Positions 1-10,274 of a DNA stretch of 64,000 nt are shown in pieces. The position numbers and the translations under genes are program-made. Source of the DNA: an uncultured Planctomycetota bacterium (GTDB lineage: Bacteria > Planctomycetota > Planctomycetia > Isosphaerales > Isosphaeraceae); the NCBI GenBank assembly GCA_963737655.1, contig CAVTTN010000002.1, positions 352,001 through 416,000 of the forward strand, read 5' to 3'. Below the pieces are notes generated by a model that saw only the letters and a program-made list of their open reading frames with translations, had not been told where the DNA came from and ran no database searches. Every line of letters begins with the position of its first letter. Positions within the stretch are counted from its first letter, which is position 1.

Positions 1-178
1 TCACGATACCGCGAGACGGTCCAGGTTAGGCTGGGATTCGGGTCGGTCAAGCGATCGGCGATGCGATACTTTTCCGGGTTGCACTTGAATATCCAAAACG
101 CCATCCCCGGCTCCTTTTTTCGCACCGCCTACGGTGCTATCACGCGCGAGACGGGAGACGTCGAGGAGGCTCGTTCGG

Positions 179-1327
179 CTACCCCTCCACGCACTCGCTC
201 CTCGGGTACGACCCGAGGATTTCGAGCCGTTCGGACTTCCTCTTGACCGAGTCGAGGGCCTTCTTGATCGGCTCGTCCTCGGCGTGGCCGTCGACGTCGA
301 GGAAGAAGATGTAGGAGGGGTCGCGTTCGAGGCGGCCGTCGGCGTGGGGGAAGGATTCGATCATCGTGAGGTTCAGCCCGGCCTTTTCGAACACGGCGAG
401 CACCCGGGCCAGGGCCCCGGCCTGGTTCGGCAGGTGGATCAGGACCGTGGTCTTGTCCTTGCCGGTCCGGCTTTCGGACTGCTCGGCGATCACCGCGAAC
501 CTTGTGACGTTGTGCGGCTGGTCCTCGATGTTCTCGGCCAGGAGGCTCAGCCCGTAGGCCATCGCGGCGGGGTGGCTGGCGATCGCGGCCGAGGTCTCCT
601 CGCGCTGGGCGATCTCGGCGGCGTGGGCCGTCGAGACCACCTCGTGAAGCTGCGCCTGAGGGAGGTTCTTGCTCAGCCAGTGGCGGCACTGCGAGAGCGC
701 CTGGGCCTTGGAATAGACCCTTCGGACGTTCCCCCATTCCCCCTTGCCCAGCAGGCAATGGTGGATCCGTAGGCGGACTTCCGCCCGGATCTTGAGGTTC
801 GGCAAACGTGTAAACATGTCCAGAGTATCGGCAATCCGTCCGTCGGTGGAGTTCTCCAGGGGGACGATGCCGAACTGGACGTGCCGGCGGTTGACTTCCT
901 CGAAGACCGCCGGGATCGTCCCGACCGGGACGTGCTCCACGGCGTTGCCGAACTTGGCGACCGAGGCGAGGTAGCTATAGCTATACTTCGGCCCGAGGCA
1001 GGCGACCCGCAAGGCCCGCTGGATGGATCGGCTCCCGCTCATGAGTTCGCGGAAGATCAGCCGGAGCGTGTCGGCCGGCAGGGGGCCGGCGCTGGCGGCC
1101 ATGGCCCGGTTGAGGACCTCCTCCTCCCGGGCCGGCGACCAGACCTCGAGGCCCTGCTGCTCCTTGACCTGGCCGATCTTCGAGGCGATCTCGGCGCGGC
1201 GGTTCAGCAAGACGACCAGCTCCTTGTCGAGCCGATCGATCTCGGTCCTCAGGGAGGCGAGGGTCGGGGCCCTCTTGGCATCGGCCGGGGTCCGGCCCTT
1301 GTCGGCGGAAGAGGGCTTGCGGGGCAT
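179..1327 (-). CDS. pheA: Bifunctional chorismate mutase/prephenate dehydratase
   Basis: N-terminal CM domain (LRTEIDRLDKELVVLLNRR), PDT motifs (GIVPLENSTDG, NVTRFAVI) and ACT domain (LTMIESFP, LGSYP). Start placed at MPRKP (1327). Confidence 0.95.
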   Translation of the reverse strand: MPRKPSSADKGRTPADAKRAPTLASLRTEIDRLDKELVVLLNRRAEIASKIGQVKEQQGLEVWSPAREEEVLNRAMAASAGPLPADTLRLIFRELMSGSRSIQRALRVACLGPKYSYSYLASVAKFGNAVEHVPVGTIPAVFEEVNRRHVQFGIVPLENSTDGRIADTLDMFTRLPNLKIRAEVRLRIHHCLLGKGEWGNVRRVYSKAQALSQCRHWLSKNLPQAQLHEVVSTAHAAEIAQREETSAAIASHPAAMAYGLSLLAENIEDQPHNVTRFAVIAEQSESRTGKDKTTVLIHLPNQAGALARVLAVFEKAGLNLTMIESFPHADGRLERDPSYIFFLDVDGHAEDEPIKKALDSVKRKSERLEILGSYPRSECVEG

Positions 1328-1429
1328 GATCGCTCGTCGCGGCGGGGGGCCGGGGTTCGAACGTAAATCACGAGGCGCTAAGTGGATACAGGAAACGGTC
1401 CGAGAAGTCAAGAGCCTGCCGTCGGCCCA

Positions 1430-2561
1430 TCATCTCGACACATCGCCATCCGCCCGGGGAAGCCGGCCCTGGAGCCGGAGGTCGCCGTCTCGCTCGCTCC
1501 ATCGGATCGAGCCGAGGCGGAGGGCCTCGGCCATGGTGGACATGCCGAGGCCCTGGATCGGGACGTGGTTGGCCGGGCCTCCGACCAGGATCGGGGCGAC
1601 GAAGACATCGACCTCGTCGATCTCCCGGGCGTCGAAGAACGCGCCCAGGACGCGACCTCCGCCCTCGATCAGGACGTTGGTCATCCCCCTTCGGCCCAGC
1701 TCATCCAGGAGGGGGCGGATCGGCACCGGGTCCTCCTCGTCGAACCGCAGGACCTCGCAGCCGGCCGCGATCAGGCCCTCGACGCGCGATTCCGGGGCGT
1801 TTCGGGTCACGGCAACCCAGGTCGGCGCCTCTCGGGCGGTGGCGACGAGTCGGGAGCCGATCGGCAGGCGGGCGGACGGGTCGAGCACGAGGCGGACCGG
1901 CGTCCTCGGACCGGGAGGGCGGGCGGTCAGGCTCGGGTCGTCGGCCAGGGCGGTCCCGATCCCGACGCAAATCGCGTCCATCCGCCCGCGGACCTCGTGG
2001 ACGGCCGCCCGCGAAAGCTCGTTCGAGATCCATCGGCTGTCGCCCAGGGCCGAGGCGATCCGGCCGTCGAGCGTCATGGCCCATTTGGCGATCACGAACG
2101 GGCGGCCGGTCGCGATCCTCTTGAAGAAGGGGGCGTTGAGGTCGCGCGCCTCGCGCTCCAGGACACCGACCACGACCTCGATCCCCGCCTCGCGGAGTCG
2201 GGCGATCCCCCGGCCGGCGACGCGAGGGAACGGGTCCTCGGTCGCGACGACCACTCGCGCCACCCGGGAGGCGATCACGGCGTCGGTGCAGGGGGGGGTC
2301 TTGCCGAGGTGGCAACACGGTTCCAGGGTGACGACCAGGGTCGAGCCCCTGGGCGGCGTCGCCGGCGGCCCGAAGGGCGTGGACCTCCGCATGGGGGCCG
2401 CCGAACTGCCGATGGAAGCCGGAGGCGAGCAACCGGCCGTCCTTCACGACGACGGCGCCGACCATCGGGTTGGGCTCGACGGCCCCTCGGCCCCGGGCGG
2501 CCTCGGCCAGGGCCCGGGCCATCGCGAAGGTCTCGTCGGCGAACGGTTCGGTCCCGGCCAT
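1430..2561 (-). CDS. ribD: Riboflavin biosynthesis deaminase/reductase RibD, apparent frameshift near 2350
   Basis: [10 protein letters not shown] and HAEVHAL lie in the 1701..2561 frame. TLEPCCH...[11 protein letters not shown] and LIEGGG lie in the 1430..2392 frame. One indel joins them. Confidence 0.93.
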
Positions 2562-3556
2562 CAGAACGGCGTGGCCTCGGCCGGGCCGTTGGCGGGCGGG
2601 GCCGGGCGACTCGGGGCCTTCGGCGCGACCTTGGGTTTGGGCGCGGGGATCTCCTGACCCTCGGGGAAGACCAGGCGGTAAAGCACCTTCAGCCGTCGTT
2701 TCGCGGCTTCCGGCGGCAATCCGTCGAGACCTTCGCGGGCCCAGGGAGGCAACGCGGCCTCGAACCGATCGAGGTTCGCCGGGGAAACTTCCTGGGTTTC
2801 GTGGGCCCGGAGGACCCGCAACTCCGCCAGCTTGGGGATCAGCTCCTTGCGATTGCCGAGCTCGACCTTCGGCCGGGCCCCTCCAGCCTTGATGACCCCT
2901 TCGACCTTGCCGATCTCGGCCCGGACGGCTTCCTCGTCGGCCTTGAACTCGTCGTCCTCGTGCTGGAACTCCAGGCCGAGCCGTTTCTTCTTGCCGAGCC
3001 GTTCGCTGAGGCCCTTCCGTTTGTTCGCGTCCTTGGCCTTTCGGAGTTCCTCCTTGTCCCTCGCATCCTCGGGGCCTTCCAGGCTGAACCAGACGAGCAG
3101 CTCCCGGGCGGTCTGGCGGAGAGGAGGCCGGGCGAGCGAGGAAATCTGGAGGCCGTCGGCCAGCCGGCGGCCCATGTCGGCGGGCGGCTTGCGCTCGGCC
3201 CGGAGTTTCTCGATCAATTCCAGCCGCGCCCCGGGCTCGGTCGTCTCGTCCACCAGCTTCTTCTTGTCGGCCGGCAGGGCCTGGTAGAAGGCGTGATAGC
3301 GGCGAAGGACCGAGAGGTAACGCGAACGGACCTCGGCCGGCAGCTCGGCGATCCGGGAGTCGATGTCGCGGAGGGCGTCCTTGCGGTCGCGCTCCATTGC
3401 GTCGAATTCGGAGAGCTTCCGGGCCAGTCCCTCCCTCTCGGCCGGGGTCATCGACTTGACCCGTTCCAGGCGGTCCTCATCCTCGGCCGGATGGGCGGCC
3501 GGGGCCAGGAAGGCGATCAGGGCGAGAGTCGCCAGGGCGAGCGGCGCGGGCCTCAC
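2561..3556 (-). CDS. Secreted helical hypothetical protein (DUF3106-like, often adjacent to anti-sigma factors)
   Basis: 331 aa ORF with a signal peptide (AxA site) and helical, charged repeats of the 'LPAEVR/LPADKK' type. Directly abuts ribD. Confidence 0.6.
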   Translation of the reverse strand: MRPAPLALATLALIAFLAPAAHPAEDEDRLERVKSMTPAEREGLARKLSEFDAMERDRKDALRDIDSRIAELPAEVRSRYLSVLRRYHAFYQALPADKKKLVDETTEPGARLELIEKLRAERKPPADMGRRLADGLQISSLARPPLRQTARELLVWFSLEGPEDARDKEELRKAKDANKRKGLSERLGKKKRLGLEFQHEDDEFKADEEAVRAEIGKVEGVIKAGGARPKVELGNRKELIPKLAELRVLRAHETQEVSPANLDRFEAALPPWAREGLDGLPPEAAKRRLKVLYRLVFPEGQEIPAPKPKVAPKAPSRPAPPANGPAEATPF

Positions 3557-3608
3557 GGGGATGGCACCTCTTCGAGGAGGGAGCGGCTCCGTCGCGATCG
3601 GCGACGGA

Positions 3609-4103
3609 CTATTCGGCCTCGTTGAAGGCCGGCGACTGGTCGAGCATCCTCAGGAGTTCGAACGAGCCGACCTCGCGGTATTCGTCGAGGTGTTCGGCCA
3701 GGGGAAGGTCGCGGACGAGCCGGGCGGAGGGGTCGGGCCAGGCCCAGCGAGCCAGGGCGTATCCCAGGGCGACGGTCAGGAGGGCCGTCGCCGCGAGCGT
3801 GGCGATCCGGGCCGCCCAGAGGCCGGTCCGCCCGGCCGCGGCCGAGAACTTCCCGCCTCGGGAGTCGAGCTTCACGACCTCGGTCATCGTCCGGGAGGCG
3901 AAGTCCTCGGACGGCGTGGGGCGCGGCAGGAAGTCCAGGAGCTCCCAGGTCTTCTGGAGCGCCTCGACTTCCCGACGGCCGGTCACGCTGTGGATCAGCT
4001 TGGTGCCGAGGGTCTGGAGCCGCTCCTCGGCGAGTTCGCCATCGAGGTAGGCGACCAGGTCGGCTCGTTCCTCATCGGACAGACGCTGTCCTTCCATCGC
4101 CAT
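3609..4103 (-). CDS. Membrane-anchored anti-sigma-factor-like protein
   Basis: LVAYLDGEL...WELLD..P.P.PSEDFASRT is a typical anti-sigma N-terminus, followed by one TM helix. Start at MAMEGQ. Confidence 0.7.
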   Translation of the reverse strand: MAMEGQRLSDEERADLVAYLDGELAEERLQTLGTKLIHSVTGRREVEALQKTWELLDFLPRPTPSEDFASRTMTEVVKLDSRGGKFSAAAGRTGLWAARIATLAATALLTVALGYALARWAWPDPSARLVRDLPLAEHLDEYREVGSFELLRMLDQSPAFNEAE

Positions 4104-4238
4104 CGCCGACCCGCTCCCCGAGGGGTCGGGCTCGGAGGCGCCGACCGATCCCCTCTGCCGATGAAACCCCGGCGGGTAACGGGTCCGTCGCTCGAGCCCG
4201 AAGAGCCGCAATCGCGAACGTTCCCGGGGAGGGACTTC

Positions 4239-4802
4239 TCAGCGAAGGCCGGCACCGACGTTCCCGCCGGTCGGCGTTTGGCCGCCACCCAACCCCGATG
4301 CCCCTCGGGCCAGCCCCGCGATGCTCGGCATCCTCCCGCCGCTACCGCCCACCGCGGCTCCCCGCGATCCCCGGGCGGCGGATCGGGTGCTCCTGCCCGA
4401 TCGGAGGGCCGGATAATAGGAGCCGGTTCGATTGTAGTAGCCCGTCGCCCCGCTGCCCGTCAGATTCGAGTTCACGATCCCCGTGGCGGTCGTCCGGGGC
4501 AGGCGGGAATGGCCGGACCTCTTGCCGAAGGCGCTCAGGGGGTCCAGGTCGGTCTCGAAGATCGAGCCGGTCGGTTCATACAACCCCTGGCGATCGGTGA
4601 CCGCGGCGACTTGCCTCTCGGCAGACCGGAAGCGGATGTTGTCTTCGGGCTGGGGCTGAGCGGCCAGGGACGCCTGCCGGGGCAGATAGAACCCGTAATA
4701 GAGGAAGAACGGGTCGCTGAATCCTTCGTTCTGGGCCCGGCTCGGCGCCGCGAAGATCCCGAGGCCCAGGACCACGGCCAATCCCGTCAAAATCGATCGC
4801 AT
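4239..4802 (-). CDS. Secreted hypothetical protein with Gly/Ser-rich tail
   Basis: Signal peptide MRSILTGLAVVLGLGIFAAPSRA and a DPFFLYYGFYLP motif. Confidence 0.7.
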   Translation of the reverse strand: MRSILTGLAVVLGLGIFAAPSRAQNEGFSDPFFLYYGFYLPRQASLAAQPQPEDNIRFRSAERQVAAVTDRQGLYEPTGSIFETDLDPLSAFGKRSGHSRLPRTTATGIVNSNLTGSGATGYYNRTGSYYPALRSGRSTRSAARGSRGAAVGGSGGRMPSIAGLARGASGLGGGQTPTGGNVGAGLR

Positions 4803-5045
4803 GGGTGACGAACCTCCCGGAGGATGCGAGGGGGCCTCCGTGGGGGGCGACCGGGACGGCCCAAGGCCCATCTCCGGCGGCGCGGAACCTCCCCGAGGGA
4901 CTTCTCACTCAGTATACCGCAATCCGATCCCCGGACAACCCGATGCCCCGGGGAAGCCGGGGCGGCCCGGGCCTGCCGGTGGATTTTGACGTCGGATCGG
5001 CGCACAATGGGGCCGGGGAGGGCCTGGAGCGGGTTCGAGGCGACG

Positions 5046-5360
5046 ATGAACGAGCTGGACGAAACGATCCTGAGATCGCTCCCGTGGGTCATCGCCCTGG
5101 TGACGGCCCTGGCCGTGGGCCTGGCGGTCGTCTCCTGGTATCGCCGGGACTTCCAGAGGCCCGGTGACCCGTCCGACGACGTCCTGGAGACCCTCGAACG
5201 CGCCCTGGACGACGGCGGGATCGAACCCGCCGAGCTGCGACGGGTCCGCCTGGCCCTGGCGCGTAAGGGCCTGGCCCCTCCGCCGTTGCCCTCCGACGAC
5301 GACCCGCCGCCAGAGCAAGCGGCGACCAACCCCGCCCCGGGCGAGATCACTTCGTCTTGA
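5046..5360 (+). CDS. Small membrane protein with possible SHOCT-like C-terminal segment
   Basis: MNELDE start, one TM helix, then LERALDDGGIEPAELRRVR. Confidence 0.6.
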   Translation: MNELDETILRSLPWVIALVTALAVGLAVVSWYRRDFQRPGDPSDDVLETLERALDDGGIEPAELRRVRLALARKGLAPPPLPSDDDPPPEQAATNPAPGEITSS

Positions 5361-5751
5361 CCGCCTCTTTCTTTGCGGTCCAGCCGAACTCGTTGGGCTG
5401 GTTATCGACCGTCACGGTGACCATCCCGTTGATCGTGTCGTCGGAGTCCAGCGAGCCGCGATAGGCCGTGCGGACCTTGTCCCTCATGACCGAGAAGGTC
5501 ACTGTCTTGCCGTCGATCTTCAGGTCGGTGACCTTCACCGGCTCGTCGCCGTCACGCTTCTCCTGGGCCGAGAGCTTCCCCTTGGCGGACTCGACCTCCA
5601 GGACGTGCTTGTGCTCGACCGATTGCGCGTCCTTGTACGACCACGACCAGGAGCCAACGAGTTTGGAGGAGTCCTCGGCCGGTGCCCTCGGGCCGACCCA
5701 GGGCAGGGCGAGGGCCAGCGCGACAAGGCCGGCGTGAGGGGCCAGAAACAT
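5347..5751 (-). CDS. Secreted beta-rich hypothetical protein
   Basis: Signal peptide followed by LVGSWSWS...LKIDGKTVTFSV...WTAKK. Confidence 0.7.
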   Translation of the reverse strand: MFLAPHAGLVALALALPWVGPRAPAEDSSKLVGSWSWSYKDAQSVEHKHVLEVESAKGKLSAQEKRDGDEPVKVTDLKIDGKTVTFSVMRDKVRTAYRGSLDSDDTINGMVTVTVDNQPNEFGWTAKKEAVKTK

Positions 5752-5868
5752 CGGTGATCGCCTCCCGGACCTCGCCTCGACTTGCCCGAAACCGCTCGGG
5801 GCGATGCGGCCCGGGATCTTTTGCCGCATTTCGAAGGCCGAAGCGGGGAGAATCCGTCCGGCTTGGCC

Positions 5869-6690
5869 TCAGAACGTCCGGCGCTGGCGAGTGGACTCGC
5901 GGGCCGGGTTGATCCCGACCCGAGAATCGCGGACGAACCCGAGGAACTCGACCACCTCGGGCACCTGGCCGAAGTCCGCCTCGATCCTCTCCAGGGCCGC
6001 CGATTGAGTCCGGCCTTCCTTGTAAAGAATCCGGTATGCCTCGCGGAGGGCGTTGATCGCCTCGGCCGACATCCCGGCCCTCCTCAGGCCGATCAGGTTC
6101 AGCCCGGTCACGCAATTGTACCCTTGCTGGAGGATGAACGGAGGGATGTCCTTCGTCGTCGAACCCAGGCCGCCGAGCATCGCCAGCCGGCCGACCCGGA
6201 CCCTCTGCTGGATGGCCGAGTGCCCCGAGAGGATGCAGCCGTCGTGCAAGTGCACGTGCCCGGCGACCAGGGCCCCGTTGACCAGGGTGCAGCCGTCGCC
6301 CACCCGGCAGTCGTGGCCGACGTGCGAGCCGATCATGAACAGGTTGTCGTCGCCGATCCGGGTCACGCCGCCACCCTCCACCGTCCCCCGGTGGACCGTC
6401 ACATATTCGCGGAACGTGTTGCGGTCGCCGATCTCGACCGTCGTCGTTTCCTGGTGATAGGCCCGAGACTGCGGCGACTTGCCCAGGACGGCCCCATGAC
6501 CGACGAAGTTCTCGGCCCCGAGGCTCAAGGGGCCGTTCAGGCAGGCATGCCCCTCGATCACGCACCCGGACCCGATCCTCACCGGACCCTCGATGATCGC
6601 GAACGGCCCGACCTGCACGTCGGGACTGATCTCCGCCTCACACCCGATGACCGCCGTGGGGTGGATCGCCTCGCCGAGCAGCAGCGCCAT
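5869..6690 (-). CDS. lpxA: Acyl-ACP--UDP-N-acetylglucosamine O-acyltransferase
   Basis: IHPTAVI, hexapeptide repeats, REYVTVHRGT, HVGHDC, GLNLIGLRRAG. Confidence 0.93.
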   Translation of the reverse strand: MALLLGEAIHPTAVIGCEAEISPDVQVGPFAIIEGPVRIGSGCVIEGHACLNGPLSLGAENFVGHGAVLGKSPQSRAYHQETTTVEIGDRNTFREYVTVHRGTVEGGGVTRIGDDNLFMIGSHVGHDCRVGDGCTLVNGALVAGHVHLHDGCILSGHSAIQQRVRVGRLAMLGGLGSTTKDIPPFILQQGYNCVTGLNLIGLRRAGMSAEAINALREAYRILYKEGRTQSAALERIEADFGQVPEVVEFLGFVRDSRVGINPARESTRQRRTF

Positions 6691-6897
6691 GATTCGCCCC
6701 CTCCTCCTGATTCGGCGACGGGTCTCGGGACATCCTGTCCCTCGGTGATCTATCGGCGACGACTCACCCGTTCCTTGAGCCGGCGGCGACGATTCCACCA
6801 TCCCGCACGATCCACCCTCTCCAGCCCGCGCAAGCCGGACGCGCGAGGGCCGATCCCCCCCGGGCCTCGGCGACGGACGAAGGACCGACGAGTCCGA

Positions 6898-7947
6898 TCA
6901 GGAGAGGGCCACGGCCGAGCCGGTGCGAACGCTCTCCACCTCGGCCCGGCAGATCGCCAGGGCCTGCCTCGCGAGCAAGCCGGAGAGTCTCGGAGGCTCC
7001 TCTCCCGTCCGGACCGCCCGGACCGCCTCGGCCAGCTCCTCGGAGAACGCCGAGACCGGGTCGCCTCCGCCGAGCTCGGGCCGCTCGACCTTCCCCCCGG
7101 GCAGGATCACGGTCAGGGGCAACGAATGTCCCTGGCCGCCCAGGTCGGCGAATGAAAAGCTCAGCGTGGCCCGATCGAAATACACATCGAACCCATGAGC
7201 AAACGGCCGACCCGACTGGCTGATCGCCCCCGAGATCGCCGAGACGGCCAGGTCCGGGTCGTCGAAGAGGTACTGGGTCGTCAGGTGGACGACCGCCTCC
7301 CCCTCGCGGACGCCCCGAGACTGCACGGCCCTCGGCACCCCGCAGAGCAGCCCCACATAATGCGTGTCATGAATGTGAAGATCGATCGCCGGCCCGCCCG
7401 AGCGGTCCGCGTCGGCGATCCCGCCCGACCAGTCCGGCTTCGAGATCACCCGGACCAGGTGGGCCGCCCGGAGCCGGCCATAATCGCCGGACGCGGCGGC
7501 ATTCAGCGCGAAGGCGAACTCGGGAAAGTACGGCAGGACATGAGCGACCATCAACATCTTGCCGTTCCGGCGGGCCGCGTCGAGCATCAGGTCGGCCTCG
7601 GGGACGGTCAGGGCGATGGGCTTCTCCACCAGGACATGCTTGCCCGCCTCCAACGCGGCCACCGCCAGCCGGGCATGCTCATCATTCGGGACGCAAAGGT
7701 CCACCAGATCGACGGCCGGATCGGCCAGCATCCGGGAGAACTCCGAGTAGGCCGACACCCCCGAAAGGTCCATCTGAGTCCCCGGAGGCCCGAAATTCCC
7801 CCGGATCGACGTCCAATCGCCGGCCCTCTTCTTCGGGTCGCGGCTGCAGATCGAAACCACCGAGCCGCCGGGAAGCTGCCGGGACGCCAGGTAATGAATC
7901 ATCCCCATGAAGCCGATGCCGACGATGCCGATGCCGACGTTTTCCAC
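6898..7947 (-). CDS. Gfo/Idh/MocA family oxidoreductase
   Basis: GIVGIGFMG, AGKHVLVEKP, DLHIHD. GTG start assumed. Confidence 0.9.
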   Translation of the reverse strand: MENVGIGIVGIGFMGMIHYLASRQLPGGSVVSICSRDPKKRAGDWTSIRGNFGPPGTQMDLSGVSAYSEFSRMLADPAVDLVDLCVPNDEHARLAVAALEAGKHVLVEKPIALTVPEADLMLDAARRNGKMLMVAHVLPYFPEFAFALNAAASGDYGRLRAAHLVRVISKPDWSGGIADADRSGGPAIDLHIHDTHYVGLLCGVPRAVQSRGVREGEAVVHLTTQYLFDDPDLAVSAISGAISQSGRPFAHGFDVYFDRATLSFSFADLGGQGHSLPLTVILPGGKVERPELGGGDPVSAFSEELAEAVRAVRTGEEPPRLSGLLARQALAICRAEVESVRTGSAVALS

Positions 7948-8160
7948 AATCGAGACTCCGCTCGGCATCCAGGGCCCCGCCCATTCGACGCGAGCCATCG
8001 AAAATCGCCCCATCATCCTCGAGAATCGGACCTGAGCCAGGTCGTCCCCAGGAATCGGCCCCGGATTCTGACGCGCCCCACGATTCCGGGCAAGCGAAAA
8101 CGCCCCGCCCTCAGGATCGACGGCTGTTTTCCTGCGACGACCCGACTCGTCCAGTCCCTT

Positions 8161-8320
8161 TGCGAGATCACGATCAACGACCTCATCGGCCTGAACAACC
8201 GCGGCCAGATCGCCTTCAACGCCGACGAGGACGGCCAGACGCATCCCTTCCTCATGACGCCCAACGCCGTACCCGAGCCGACGACGCTTGCCCTCTTGGC
8301 GTTCGGTTTGGGACAGGGGG
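8161..8320 (+). pseudogene. Orphan C-terminal remnant of a PEP-CTERM surface protein
   Basis: Reads ...IGLNNRGQIAFNADEDGQTHPFLMTPNAVPEPTTLALLAFGLG, with VPEP at 8269-8280. No start codon or signal peptide, and the basic tail is missing. Confidence 0.7.
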
Positions 8321-8458
8321 TGGAAGGCGGAGGATGGATCGGCCTGGCCTCATGGGCATTCGCCCGTATAATCCAGGCGGAAGAACCCGGAGATCCGCCG
8401 TTCGTCTGCCCGTTCCGTTTCGTTTTCGACCGATCGACAGAATAGGCTTACGACGACC

Positions 8459-8884
8459 ATGAATCCCGCGACAATCCAAAGATCAAAAGACGCCTGGGTT
8501 CCGCGACTGGAGGCCCTTCTCGAACAGGTCGATACCTGGGCGACCAGCGCGGGCTGGTCCACTCGGCGAATCGAGAAGAAAATGCACGACTCCGAATCCG
8601 GCGAGTATCAGGCCCCCGCATTGCTCATGCAGGAAGGGACGACTCGAGTCCTCCTCGAACCCATCGCTCGTTCCGCGCCGGGCGCTGACGGGGTCGTGGA
8701 TCTCTACCGACTTCCGGCCTACGACGACATCGCGAGTCTCTATTTTTACGACGGAGGATGGAACATCCATTATCCATTGCCGGATGATCCTCTGATCCCT
8801 GCCGTCGAGGAAATCTCGACCAGGCCCCTCTCCGAGGAGACCCTAAGGAAGGTCCTGGAGGAGATGGCGAAGAATGCCGCGTGA
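8459..8884 (+). CDS. Hypothetical protein, upstream partner of the HEPN-motif gene
   Basis: Clean 141 aa ORF overlapping the next start by 11 nt. Confidence 0.75.
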   Translation: MNPATIQRSKDAWVPRLEALLEQVDTWATSAGWSTRRIEKKMHDSESGEYQAPALLMQEGTTRVLLEPIARSAPGADGVVDLYRLPAYDDIASLYFYDGGWNIHYPLPDDPLIPAVEEISTRPLSEETLRKVLEEMAKNAA

Positions 8885-9326
8885 GCGGGATGAGTTGTTA
8901 TCGCGAGTGAAGGCCATCGAGCGCGAATTCTCCGCCCTTCGACTCGCCGTCGCCAGGCTCCTGGCTCATGCCGCGTCCGATCCCAACGTCATCGCGACGA
9001 ACGGCGTCGCGCTTCGAGACGTCGACAATGCCTCCGCTCGCCTCGAAGGCACCTACCTGATTCGGCTCTAGGCCGAGTTCGAGACGGGCTTGCGCCTCTA
9101 CTGGGAGACGGTCAGGACGACCCACCCCAAGACCGAAGACCTGGTCAACGGCGTCGCCGCCAGGCGGAAGATCCCGGATGAGCTGATCTGGTCCGTCCAT
9201 CGGATTCGAGAATACCGCAATTCCCTCGTCCACGAGCAGGCGGAGGAATTGACGCCGGTTTCTCTGTCATCCGCCAGGAGCGCGATCTGCCAGTTCCTCA
9301 GCCGCCTGCCTGAAAGCTGGAGTTGA
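8874..9326 (+). pseudogene. HEPN-motif (RxxxxH) protein interrupted by an in-frame TAG
   Basis: ORFs 8874..9071 and 9090..9326 are in the same frame and read YLIRL*AEFETGLRLYW across TAG 9069-9071. RNSLVH lies at 9216-9233. Confidence 0.7.
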
Positions 9327-9565
9327 TCCGCGGATTCGCCGTCCCAGGGCGATTGATCCCGGCCCCCCTCCTTGCTTGGCTGGATTCGGGTTCGAGGTCT
9401 CTCCCTTGATGCGCACGAGGCATCTAGCGCTGACTTCACACCCTTCGGCGACCAGGCGCAGGATCTCTCGGCGGTCGGCGATCACCGATCGATTTTTGAC
9501 GATTCTTCGATGATCTTCATGCGGACATCCCGACTTGCCGGGAAAGACCTGCCGAACTGTCCATC

Positions 9566-10171
9566 TCACATCTCCGCGAACCGCGAGTACATCGCCAGGC
9601 CGACTTTCTGGCTCTTTTCGGGGTGGAACTGGCAGGCCGTCAGATTGTCTTTCCAGACCGCCGCGGCGAATGGGGTCGGGTAGTCGGCCTCGGCGGCGAT
9701 GTGTTCGGGGTTCTGGGGCTGGGCGAAGTAGGAGTGGACGAAGTAGACCGATTGCCCGTCCTCGAAGCCTCGGAAGATCGGGGCGGGCTGGCGGATTTTG
9801 AGGGTGTTCCAGCCCATGTGGGGGACCTTGAACCCCTCGGGCGGGGTGAACTTGACGACCCGGCCGGGCAGGAGTCCCAGGCCCTGGTGCTCGCCGTCCT
9901 CCTCGCTGGCGTCGAAGAGGAGTTGCAGGCCGAGGCAGACCCCCAGCGCGGGCGTTCCGGCCTTCACGGCGTCGGTGAACGCGGCCCCCAGGCCCGTTCG
10001 GGTGAGCTCGGCGATGGCGTCGGCGAAGGCGCCGACTCCGGGGAGGATCACCTTGTCGGCCCGGCGGATTCGGTCGGGGTCGGCCGTGATCTCGGCGCGG
10101 TGGCCGACGGCTTCAAGGGCCTTCTGGACGCTCCGCAGGTTCCCCATCCCGTAGTCGATGATCGCGATCAT
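9566..10171 (-). CDS. hisH: Imidazole glycerol phosphate synthase, glutamine amidotransferase subunit
   Basis: IIDYGMGNLRSV, LPGVGAF, GVCLGLQ, VPHMGWN, QFHPEKS. Confidence 0.97.
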   Translation of the reverse strand: MIAIIDYGMGNLRSVQKALEAVGHRAEITADPDRIRRADKVILPGVGAFADAIAELTRTGLGAAFTDAVKAGTPALGVCLGLQLLFDASEEDGEHQGLGLLPGRVVKFTPPEGFKVPHMGWNTLKIRQPAPIFRGFEDGQSVYFVHSYFAQPQNPEHIAAEADYPTPFAAAVWKDNLTACQFHPEKSQKVGLAMYSRFAEM

Positions 10172-10274
10172 GGCCGCCCCTCGATCCCCTCGATTCCGAT
10201 GAGGACCCATCGTATCGCGAGGGCCGTCTCCCTGTCACTCGGGAGAGCGGACGCGGAACGCCGGGTTCGAGTCC

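Noticed and set aside
9440..9530. DRREILRLVAEG on the minus strand resembling a nucleotidyltransferase antitoxin N-terminus near the HEPN gene
   Set aside because: Too short, no GS/DxD motif follows, and it is on the wrong strand relative to the HEPN gene.
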